A stretch of DNA of 64,000 nt from NCBI GenBank assembly GCA_964035575.1, contig OZ037836.1:62001-126000 (forward strand), read 5' to 3'. The stretch comes from Rhynchopus sp. YZ270_cl-10. Taxonomy: Eukaryota. Shown piece by piece: positions 1-11,291 of the stretch (position 1 is its first letter; each line of letters begins with the position of its first letter). A program made the position numbers and the translations under genes. Below the pieces are notes generated by a model. That model was not told the DNA's origin. It worked only from the letters and a program-made list of their open reading frames with translations, and did no database searches.

Positions 1-214
1 GGTTTGCGGGTTTGCGGGTTTGCGGGTTTGCGGGTTTGCGGGTTTGCGGGTTTGCGGGTTTACGGGTTTGCGGGTTTACGGGTTTGCGGGTTTGCGGGTT
101 TGCGGGTTTCGGGTTTGCGGGTTTGCGGGTTTGCGGGTTTGCGGGTTTGCGGGTTTGCGGGTTTGCGGGTTTGCGGGTTTGCGGGTTTGCGGGTTTGCGG
201 GTTTGCGGGTTTGC
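1..214 (+). repeat. (GGGTTTGC)n 8-bp tandem repeat, runs off the window start
   Basis: About 26 copies read directly, with rare GGGTTTAC and GGGTTTC variants. Confidence 0.97.
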
Positions 215-1426
215 ATCTAATATGTGATGGTCAAAAGTGCAAGATTCCTTCGTTAATGAACTTTTTGAGTACCAGTTATACCTGGGGAATATGCTCAGAT
301 CACTCTTTTGACCATCTGGCGTTTACCACAAAAACACCACTTTTTACAGGCCACTTTACAGGCCAGTTCATGAAGGCACGAGTGAGGTTTTTTTGTACAC
401 GTTACCGTGAGCGGGCGCGCGAAGCGCGCACGCGAACGCCCCGCGGGAAGCGAATAGCTGACCGCCTGCCCAGTGTGTGAGGTCCTTACAAAAAAAACCA
501 CCTGTAAAAAAAGGTGAGGTCCTCATCACGTTTCCATGGAAGTGTCACACAAGAACGACAGGTTTTTTAGCCCGTCACCAAATCCTAAAAAACCTTAGTT
601 TTTTAGTCTTTACTATAGAGATGTGCGCCACCCACACCACACACACTACACACCCACACACACACACACACACCCCCTCACCACCAGAGGGGATTTGACC
701 AAAAAATCGATTTTTTTAAATAAATAGTTGCTCATCCAAAAGTGAATTTTTTGGGCTTAACGTGTTGTTTGGGGGTATTGAGGCCCAAAAAAAAAATTTA
801 AGACAGTCCTGTTCAAAAAATGGACTGCCAAAAGTTTGGGCCTCAATACCCCCAAACAACACGTTAAGCCCAAAAAATTCACTTTTGGATGAGCAACTAT
901 TTATTTAAAAAAATCGATTTTTTGGTCAAATCCCCTCTGGTGGTGAGGGGGTGTGTGTGTGTGTGTGTGGGTGTGTGTGTGTGTGGGTGTGTAGTGTGTG
1001 TGGTGTGGGTGGCGCACATCTCTATAGTAAAGACTAAAAAACTAAGGTTTTTTAGGATTTGGTGACGGGCTAAAAAACCTGTCGTTCTTGTGTGACACTT
1101 CCATGGAAACGTGATGAGGACCTCACCTTTTTTTACAGGTGGTTTTTTTTGTAAGGACCTCACACACTGGGCAGGCGGTCAGCTATTCGCTTCCCGCGGG
1201 GCGTTCGCGTGCGCGCTTCGCGCGCCCGCTCACGGTAACGTGTACAAAAAAACCTCACTCGTGCCTTCATGAACTGGCCTGTAAAGTGGCCTGTAAAAAG
1301 TGGTGTTTTTGTGGTAAACGCCAGATGGTCAAAAGAGTGATCTGAGCATATTCCCCAGGTATAACTGGTACTCAAAAAGTTCATTAACGAAGGAATCTTG
1401 CACTTTTGACCATCACATATTAGATG
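214..1426. repeat. Large inverted repeat (arms ~214-789 and ~835-1426, 45-bp spacer)
   Basis: 214-789 is the reverse complement of 835-1426 apart from microsatellite length. The mirrored ORFs 295..501(-) and 1139..1345(+) translate identically. Confidence 0.93.
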
Positions 1427-4400
1427 TGTTTTTTCAGGTTTTTCAATGCACTTTCCTGTACTGGGAAGCATGCCACAAGTGTCATGTTTTACAAGGCAAA
1501 AATGACCAAAAAAGCTGATTTTTGGCCGAATGCCACATGTCATTTGGCAGTCCATTTTTTGAACAGGACTGTCTTAAATTTTTTTTTTGGGCCTCAATAC
1601 CCCCAAACAACACGTTAAGCCCAAAAAATTCACTTTTGGATGAGCAACTATTTATTTAAAAAAATCGATTTTTTGGTCAAATCCCCTCTGGTGGTGAGGG
1701 GGTGTGTGTGTGTGTGTGTGGGTGTGTGTGTGTGTGGGTGTGTAGTGTGTGTGGTGTGGGTGGCGCACATCTCTATAGTAAAGACTAAAAAACTAAGGTT
1801 TTTTAGGATTTATTTAAAAAAATCGATTTTTTGGTCAAATCCCCCTGGTGGTGAGGGTGTGTGTGTGTGTGTGTGTGTGGGTGTGTGTGGGTGTGCTGTG
1901 TGTGGGTGTGTAGTGTGTGTGGTGTGGGTGGCGCACATCTCTATAGTAAAGACTAAAAAACTAAGGTTTTTTAGGATTTTTTTTTGGGCCTCAATACCCC
2001 CAAACAACACGTTAAGCCCAAAAAATTCACTTTTGGATGAGCAACTATTTATTTAAAAAAATCGATTTTTTGGTCAAATCCCCCTGGTGGTGAGGGGGTG
2101 TGTGGGTGTGCTGTGTGTGGGTGTGTAGTGTGTGTGGTGTGGGTGGCGCACATCTCTATAGTAAAGACTAAAAAACTAAGGTTTTTTAGGATTTTTGGCC
2201 GAATGCCACATGTCATTTGGCAGTCCAATTTCTGAACACGACTGAAAAAAAATTTTTTTTTGGGCCTCAATACCCCCAAACAACACGTTAAGCCCAAAAA
2301 ATTCACTTTTGGATGAGCAACTATTTATTTAAAAAAATCGATTTGGTGACGGGCTAAAAAACCTGTCGTTCTTGTGTGACACTTCCATGGAAACGTGATG
2401 AGGACCTCACTTTTTTTTACAGGTAGTTTTTTTTGTAAGCACCTCACACACTGGGCAGGCGGTCAGCTATTCGCTTCCCGCGGGGCGTTCGCGTGCGCGC
2501 TTCGCGCGCCCGCTCACGGTAACGTGTACAAAAAAACCTCACTCATGCCTGTAAAGTGGCCTGTTAAAAAGTGGTGTTTTTGTCGTAAACGCCAGATGGT
2601 CAAAAGAGTGATCTGACCATATTCCCCAGGTATAACTGGTACTCAAAAATTTGGTGACGGGCTAAAAAACCTGTCGTTCTTGTGTGACACTTCCATGGAA
2701 ACGTGATGAGGACCTCACTTTTTTTTACAGGTGGTTTTTTTTGTAAGCACCTCACACACTGGGCAGGCGGTCAGCTATTCGCTTCCCGCGGGGCGTTCGC
2801 GTGCGCGCTTCGCGCGCCCGCTCACGGTAACGTGTACAAAAAAACCTCACTTGTGCCTGTAAAGTGGCCTGTTAAAAAGTGGTGTTTTTGTCGTAAACGC
2901 CAGATGGTCAAAAGAGTGATCTGACCATATTCCCCAGGTATAACTGGTACTCAAAAAGTTCATTAACGAAAGAATCTTGCACTTTTGACCATCACATATT
3001 ACATGTGTTTTTTCAGGTTTTTCAATGCACTTTCCTGTGCTGGGAAGCATGCCACAAGTGTCATGTTTTACAAGGTAAAAATGACCAAAAAAGCTGATTT
3101 TTGGCCGAATGCCACATGTCATTTGGCAGTCCATTTTCTGAACACGACTGAAAAAAAATTTTTTTTTGGGCCTCAATACCCCCAAACAACACGTTAAGCC
3201 CAAAAAATTCACTTTCTGATGAGCAACTATTTATTTAAAAAAATCGATTTTTTGGTCAAATCCCCTCTGGTGGTGAGGGGGTGTGTGTGTGTGTGTGTGT
3301 GGGTGTGTGTGGGTGTGCTGTGTGTGGGTGTGTAGTGTGTGTGGTGTGGGTGGCGCACATCTCTATAGTAAAGACTAAAAAACTAAGGTTTTTTAGGATT
3401 TCATTAACGAAGGAATCTTGCACTTTTGACCATCACATATTAGATGTGTTTTTTCAGGTTTTTCAATGCACTTTCCTGTACTGGGAAGCATGCCACAAGT
3501 GTCATGTTTTACAAGGTAAAAATGACCAAAAAAGCTGATTTTTGGCCGAATGCCACATGTCATTTGGCAGTCCATTTTCTGAACACGACTGAAAAAAAAT
3601 TTTTTTTTGGGCCTCAATACCCCCAAACAACACGTTAAGCCCAAAAAATTCACTTTTGGATGAGCAACTATTTATTTAAAAAAATCGATTTTTTGGTCAA
3701 ATCCCCCTGGTGGTGAGGGGGTGTGTGTGTGTGTGTGTGTGGGTGTGCTGTGTGTGGGTGTGTAGTGTGTGTGGTGTGGGTGGCGCACATCTCTATAGTA
3801 AAGACTAAAAAACTAAGGTTTTTTAGGATTTTTTTTGGGCCTCAATACCCCCAAACAACACGTTAAGCCCAAAAAATTCACTTTTGGATGAGCAACTATT
3901 TATTTAAAAAAATCGATTTTTTGGTCAAATCCCCTCTGGTGGTGAGGGGGTGTGTGTGTGTGTGTGTGTGGGTGTGTGTGGGTGTGCTGTGTGTGGGTGT
4001 GTAGTGTGTGTGGTGTGGGTGGCGCACATCTCTATAGTAAAGACTAAAAAACTAAGGTTTTTTAGGATTTTTTGGTCAAATCCCCTCTGGTGGTGAGGGG
4101 GTGTGTGTGTGTGTGTGTGGGTGTGTGTGTGTGTGGGTGTGTAGTGTGTGTGGTGTGGGTGGCGCACATCTCTATAGTAAAGACTAAAAAACTAAGGTTT
4201 TTTAGGATTTTTGGCCGAATGCCACATGTCATTTGGCAGTCCAATTTCTGAACACGACTGAAAAAAAATTTTTTTTTGGGCCTCAATACCCCCAAACAAC
4301 ACGTTAAGCCCAAAAAATTCACTTTTGGATGAGCAACTATTTATTTAAAAAAATCGATTTGGTGACGGGCTAAAAAACCTGTCGTTCTTGTGTGACACTT

Positions 4401-5202
4401 CCATGGAAACGTGATGAGGACCTCACTTTTTTTTACAGGTAGTTTTTTTTGTAAGCACCTCACACACTGGGCAGGCGGTCAGCTATTCGCTTCCCGCGGG
4501 GCGTTCGCGTGCGCGCTTCGCGCGCCCGCTCACGGTAACGTGTACAAAAAAACCTTACTTGTGCCTGTAAAGTGGCCTGTTAAAAAGTGGTGTTTTTGTC
4601 GTAAACGCCAGATGGTCAAAAGAGTGATCTGACCATATTCCCCAGGTATAACTGGTACTCAAAAAGTTCATTAACGAAGGAATCTTGCACTTTTGACCAT
4701 CACATATTAGATGTGTTTTTTCAGGTTTTTCAATGCACTTTCCTGTGCTGGGAAGCATGCCACAAGTGTCATGTTTTACAAGGTAAAAATGACCAAAAAA
4801 GCTGATTTTTGGCCGAATGCCACATGTCATTTGGCAGTCCATTTTCTGAACACGACTGAAAAAAAATTTTTTTTTGGGCCTCAATACCCCCAAACAACAC
4901 GTTAAGCCCAAAAAATTCACTTTCTGATGAGCAACTATTTATTTAAAAAAATCGATTTTTTGGTCAGATCCCCTCTGGTGGTGAGGGGGTGTGTGTGTGT
5001 GTGTGTGTGGGTGTGTGTGGGTGTGCTGTGTGTGGGTGTGTAGTGTGTGTGGTGTGGGTGGCGCACATCTCTATAGTAAAGACTAAAAAACTAAGGTTTT
5101 TTAGGATTTATTTAAAAAAATCGATTTTTTGGTCAAATCCCCCTGGTGGTGAGGGGGTGTGTGTGTGTGTGTGTGTGGGTGTGTGTGGGTGTGCTGTGTG
5201 TG

Positions 5203-5452
5203 GGGGGGTCTCTTTAGGATAAAATATGGGGGGAAAGGTCTTTTTTGGTTAATAGCGCCGAAAAAACGGCAGCGAGGTATGTGGTCATGAGGGCGAGACT
5301 GGGGAAACACGCAAGTGGTAAGCAATAACAACAAAAGGGCACGTAGCAATAGAGAAATGGTACGCGCAAAAAAAAAAATATATCCATAGCGAAAAAGGGG
5401 GAGGGGGAAAAGACTTTCTTATTCGCGACATATTTTATCCTAGAGACCCCCC
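5203..5452. mobile_element. ~250-bp MITE inserted in the (GT)n tract of an array copy
   Basis: TIRs GGGGGGTCTCT(TT)AGGATAAAATATG (5203-5228) and CATATTTTATCCTAGAGACCCCCC (5429-5452), with TG on both sides. Confidence 0.75.
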
Positions 5453-8400
5453 TGGCGTAGCAAAGCTACTTAAACAAGTTTACAGTATGTGTGTAGTGTG
5501 TGTGGTGTGGGTGGCGCACATCTCTATAGTAAAGACTAAAAAACTAAGGTTTTTTAGGATTTATTTAAAAAAATCGATTTTTTGGTCAAATCCCCCTGGT
5601 GGTGAGGGGGTGTGTGTGTGTGTGTGTGTGGGTGTGTGTGGGTGTGCTGTGTGTGGGTGTGTAGTGTGTGTGGTGTGGGTGGCGCACATCTCTATAGTAA
5701 AGACTAAAAAACTAAGGTTTTTTAGGATTTTTGGCCGAATGCCACATGTCATTTGGCAGTCCAATTTCTGAACACGACTGAAAAAAAATTTTTTTTTGGG
5801 CCTCAATACCCCCAAACAACACGTTAAGCCCAAAAAATTCACTTTTGGATGAGCAACTATTTATTTAAAAAAATCGATTTTTTGGTCAAATCCCCTCTGG
5901 TGGTGAGGGGGTGTGTGTGTGTGTGTGTGGGTGTGTGTGGGTGTGCTGTGTGTGGGTGTGTAGTGTGTGTGGTGTGGGTGGCGCACATCTCTATAGTAAA
6001 GACTAAAAAACTAAGGTTTTTTAGGATTTTTTGGTCAAATCCCCCTGGTGGTGAGGGGGTGTGTGTGTGTGTGTGTGTGGGTGTGTGTGGGTGTGCTGTG
6101 TGTGGGTGTGTAGTGTGTGTGGTGTGGGTGGCGCACATCTCTATAGTAAAGACTAAAAAACTAAGGTTTTTTAGGATTTTTGGCCGAATGCCACATGTCA
6201 TTTGGCAGTCCAATTTCTGAACACGACTGAAAAAAAATTTTTTTTTGGGCCTCAATACCCCCAAACAACACGTTAAGCCCAAAAAATTCACTTTTGGATG
6301 AGCAACTATTTATTTAAAAAAATCGATTTTTTGGTCAAATCCCCCTGGTGGTGAGGGGGTGTGTGTGTGTGTGTGTGTGGGTGTGTGTGGGTGTGCTGTG
6401 TGTGGGTGTGTAGTGTGTGTGGTGTGGGTGGCGCACATCTCTATAGTAAAGACTAAAAAACTAAGGTTTTTTAGGATTTGGTGACGGGCTAAAAAACCTG
6501 TCGTTCTTGTGTGACACTTCCATGGAAACGTGATGAGGACCTCACTTTTTTTTACAGGTAGTTTTTTTTGTAAGCACCTCACACACTGGGCAGGCGGTCA
6601 GCTATTCGCTTCCCGCGGGGCGTTCGCGTGCGCGCTTCGCGCGCCCGCTCACGGTAACGTGTACAAAAAAACCTTACTTGTGCCTGTAAAGTGGCCTGTT
6701 AAAAAGTGGTGTTTTTGTCGTAAACGCCAGATGGTCAAAAGAGTGATCTGACCATCTTTCCCCAGGTATAACTGGTACTCAAAAAGTTCATTAACGAAAG
6801 AATCTTGCACTTTTGACCATCACATATTAGATGTGTTTTTTCAGGTTTTTCAATGCACTTTCCTGTACTGGGAAGCATGCCACAAGTGTCATGTTTTACA
6901 AGGTAAAAATGACCAAAAAAGCTGATTTTTGGCCGAATGCCACATGTCATTTGGCAGTCCAATTTCTGAACACGACTGAAAAAAAATTTTTTTTTGGGCC
7001 TCAATACCCCCAAACAACACGTTAAGCCCAAAATATTCACTTTTGGATGAGCAACTATTTATTTAAAAAAATCGATTTTTTGGTCAAATCCCCCTGGTGG
7101 TGAGGGGGTGTGTGTGTGTGTGTGTGTGGGTGTGTGTGGGTGTGCTGTGTGTGGGTGTGTAGTGTGTGTGGTGTGGGTGGCGCACATCTCTATAGTAAAG
7201 ACTAAAAAACTAAGGTTTTTTAGGATTTGGTGACAGGCTAAAAAACCTGTCGTTCTGTGTGACACTTCCATGGAAACGTGATGAGGACCTCCCTTTTTTT
7301 ACAGGTGGTTTTTTTTGTAAGCACCTCACACACTGGGCAGGCGGTCAGCTATTCGCTTCCCGCGGGGCGTTCGCGTGCGCGCTTCGCGCGCCCGCTCACG
7401 GTAACATGTACAAAAAAACCTCACTCATGCCTGTAAAGTGGCCTGTTAAAAAGTGGTGTTTTTGTCGTAAACGCCAGATGGTCAAAAGAGTGATCTGACC
7501 ATATTCCCCAGGTATAACTGGTACTCAAAAAGTTCATTAACGAAGGAATCTTGCACTTTTGACCATCACATATTACATGTGTTTTTTCAGGTTTTTCAAT
7601 GCACTTTCCTGTGCTGGGAAGCATGCCACAAGTGTCATGTTTTACAAGGTAAAAATGACCAAAAAAGCTGATTTTTGGCCGAATGCCACATGTCATTTGG
7701 CAGTCCATTTTCTGAACACGACTGAAAAAAAAATTTGGTGACGGGCTAAAAAACCTGTCGTTCTTGTGTGACACTTCCATGGAAACGTGATGAGGACCTC
7801 ACTTTTTTTTACAGGTAGTTTTTTTTGTAAGCACCTCACACACTGGGCAGGCGGTCAGCTATTCGCTTCCCGCGGGGCGTTCGCGTGCGCGCTTCGCGCG
7901 CCCGCTCACGGTAACGTGTACAAAAAAACCTCACTTGTGCCTGTAAAGTGGCCTGTTAAAAAGTGGTGTTTTTGTCGTAAACGCCAGATGGTCAAAAGAG
8001 TGATCTGACCATATTCCCCAGGTATAACTGGTACTCAAAAAGTTCATTAACGAAAGAATCTTGCACTTTTGACCATCACATATTACATGTGTTTTTTCAG
8101 GTTTTTCAATGCACTTTCCTGTGCTGGGAAGCATGCCACAAGTGTCATGTTTTACAAGGTAAAAATGACCAAAAAAGCTGATTTTTGGCCGAATGCCACA
8201 TGTCATTTGGCAGTCCATTTTCTGAACACGACTGAAAAAAAATTTTTTTTTGGGCCTCAATACCCCCAAACAACACGTTAAGCCCAAAAAATTCACTTTC
8301 TGATGAGCAACTATTTATTTAAAAAAATCGATTTTTTGGTCAAATCCCCTCTGGTGGTGAGGGGGTGTGTGTGTGTGTGTGTGTGGGTGTGTGTGGGTGT

Positions 8401-10880
8401 GCTGTGTGTGGGTGTGTAGTGTGTGTGGTGTGGGTGGCGCACATCTCTATAGTAAAGACTAAAAAACTAAGGTTTTTTAGGATTTCATTAACGAAGGAAT
8501 CTTGCACTTTTGACCATCACATATTAGATGTGTTTTTTCAGGTTTTTCAATGCACTTTCCTGTACTGGGAAGCATGCCACAAGTGTCATGTTTTACAAGG
8601 TAAAAATGACCAAAAAAGCTGATTTTTGGCCGAATGCCACATGTCATTTGGCAGTCCATTTTCTGAACACGACTGAAAAAAAATTTTTTTTTGGGCCTCA
8701 ATACCCCCAAACAACACGTTAAGCCCAAAAAATTCACTTTTGGATGAGCAACTATTTATTTAAAAAAATCGATTTTTTGGTCAAATCCCCCTGGTGGTGA
8801 GGGGGTGTGTGTGTGTGTGTGTGTGGGTGTGTGTGGGTGTGCTGTGTGTGGGTGTGTAGTGTGTGTGGTGTGGGTGGCGCACATCTCTATAGTAAAGACT
8901 AAAAAACTAAGGTTTTTTAGGATTTTTTTTGGGCCTCAATACCCCCAAACAACACGTTAAGCCCAAAAAATTCACTTTCTGATGAGCAACTATTTATTTA
9001 AAAAAATCGATTTTTTGGTCAAATCCCCTCTGGTGGTGAGGGGGTGTGTGTGTGTGTGTGTGGGTGTGTGTGTGTGTGGGTGTGTAGTGTGTGTGGTGTG
9101 GGTGGCGCACATCTCAAAAGTAAAGACTAAAAAACTAAGGTTTTTTAGGATTTGGTGACGGGCTAAAAAACCTGTCGTTCTTGTGTGACACTTCCATGGA
9201 AACGTGATGAGGACCACACTTTTTTTACAGGTGGTTTTTTTTGTAAGCACCTCACGCACTGGGCAGGCGGTCAGCTATTCGCTTCCCGCGGGGCGTTCGC
9301 GTGCGCGCTTCGCGCGCCCGCTCACGGTAACGCATCACAAAAAAACCTCACTCATGCCTTCATGAACTGGCTTTTCAGGTGAAAAGTGCCCTGTTAAAAA
9401 GTGGTGTTTTTGTGGTACATGACAGATGGTCAAAAGAGTGATCTGACCATATTCCCCAGGTATAACTGGTACTCAAAAAGTTCATTAACGAAGGAATCTT
9501 GCACTTTTGACCATCACATATTACATGTGTTTTTTCAGGTTTTTCAATGCACTTTCCTGTACTGGGAAGCATGCCACAAGTGTCATGTTTTACAAGGTAA
9601 AAATGACCAAAAAAGCTGATTTTTGGCCGAATGCCACATGTCATTTGGCAGTCCAATTTCTGAACACGACTGAAAAAAAATTTGGTGACGGGCTAAAAAA
9701 CCTGTCGTTCTTGTGTGACACTTCCATGGAAACATGAGGAGGACCTCACCTTTTTTTACAGGTGGTTTTTTTTGTATGGACCTCACACACTGGGCAGGCG
9801 GTCAGCTATTCGCTTCCCGCGGGGCGTTCGCGTGCGCGCTTCGCGCGCCCGCTCACGGTAACGTGTACAAAAAAACCTCACTCATGCCTTCATGAACTGC
9901 TTTAAAAGTGGCCTGTAAAAAGTGGTGTTTTTGTGGTAAACTCCAGCTGGTCTGAAGAGTGATCTGACCATATTCCCCAGGTATAACTGGTACTCAAAAA
10001 GTTCATTAACGAAGGAATCTTGCACTTTTGACCATCACATATTACATGTGTTTTTTCAGGTTTTTCAATACACTTTTGTGTACTGGGAAGCATGCCACAA
10101 GTGTCATGTTTTACAAGGTAAAAATGACCAAAAAAGCTGCTTTTTGGCCGAATGCCACATGTCATTTGGCAGTCCATTTTTTGAACAGGACTGTCTTAAA
10201 TTTTTTTTTTGGGCCTCAATGCCCCCAAACAACACGTTAAGCCCAAAAAATTCACTTTTGGATGAGCAACTATTTATTTAAAAAAATCGATTTTTTGGTC
10301 AAATCCCCCTGGTGGTGAGGGGGTGTGTGTGTGTGTGTGTGTGGGTGTGTGTGGGTGTGCTGTGTGTGGGTGTGTAGTGTGTGTGGTGTGGGTGGCGCAC
10401 ATCTCTATAGTAAAGACTAAAAAACTAAGGTTTTTTAGGATTTTTTTTTGGGCCTCAATACCCCCAAACAACACGTTAAGCCCAAAAAATTCACTTTTGG
10501 ATGAGCAACTATTTATTTAAAAAAATCGATTTTTTGGTCAAATCCCCCTGGTGGTGAGGGGGTGTGTGTGTGTGTGTGTGGGTGTGTGTGGGTGTGCTGT
10601 GTGTGGGTGTGTAGTGTGTGTGGTGTGGGTGGCGCACATCTCTCTTGTAAAGACTAAAAAACTAAGGTTTTTTAGGATTTTTTTTCCTTTTTTACAAAAC
10701 ATTTTACCCCTCCCAAATGACACACATCACAACAGAGTAGTAACAATATGTTAGAGTAAAATGAAATGGAAAAGGTGAGACAGCATATTAGATAGTTGTA
10801 ATCTAACATAATTACGCTTCAGGCACACCAGCCTGCTATCACACACACCAGCTAGATAACGATGGTTGCTCACTTCTCGT

Positions 10881-10985
10881 GCGGGTTTGCGGGTTTGCGG
10901 GTTTGCGGGTTTGCGGGTTTGCGGGTTTGCGGGTTTGCGGGTTTGCGGGTTTACGGGTTTGCGGGTTTGCGGGTTTGCGGGTTTG
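10881..10985 (+). repeat. (GGGTTTGC)n internal tract, ~13 copies
   Basis: Read directly; same unit and orientation as 1-214. Confidence 0.97.
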
Positions 10986-11023
10986 AGGTCCCAAGGTCAG
11001 GCCCAAAAAAAAAAATTTTTTTT

Positions 11024-11291
11024 CCAGGCTTGAAAAAGTAGTTGTCAAATTTTTCAAAAAAAAAATATTTTTTTGAAAAAATTTTTCTCGACATCTACTT
11101 TTCCAAGCCTGGGAAAATACCGGTAGGGGTACGTCGTAGAGTAAAAACCAATGCAGGAAAATACCAGTAAAATATCAGTTTTTCTCAGGCTTGGAAAAGT
11201 AGTTGTCGAAAAAAAATTTTTGGGAAAAAAAAATTTTTTTTTCGACAACTACTTTTCCCAGCTTGGAAAAAAAACTGATATTTACTGGTAT
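11024..11291. repeat. Paired AT-rich palindromes (fold-back)
   Basis: AGGCTTG(G/A)AAAAGTAGTTGTC and its complement form hairpins at ~11024-11115 and ~11161-11291. Confidence 0.8.

Larger units (their letters stand above)
214..10677. mobile_element. Tandem and self-nested array of a ~750-bp non-coding element (putative non-autonomous Helitron-like or YR-mobilised element)
   Basis: Full copies at e.g. 1058-1808, 2650-3398 and 9681-10440. Fixed ends TTTGGTGACGGGCTAAAAAACCT and AGGTTTTTTAGGA, an internal (GT)n tract, and every junction at A|TTT. Confidence 0.75.

Noticed and set aside
1..214. Bona fide left chromosome telomere
   Set aside because: The G-rich strand points inward, whereas a left end should show the C-rich strand on +.
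214..10677. CRISPR-like array or integron-type cassette array
   Set aside because: There are no unique spacers or cassettes; all intervening sequence is reused parts of one unit, and no cas genes are present.
4..10754. Dozens of short ORFs in the array and the 8-mer repeat
   Set aside because: They are translations of microsatellite and repeat modules, and their frames break between copies.
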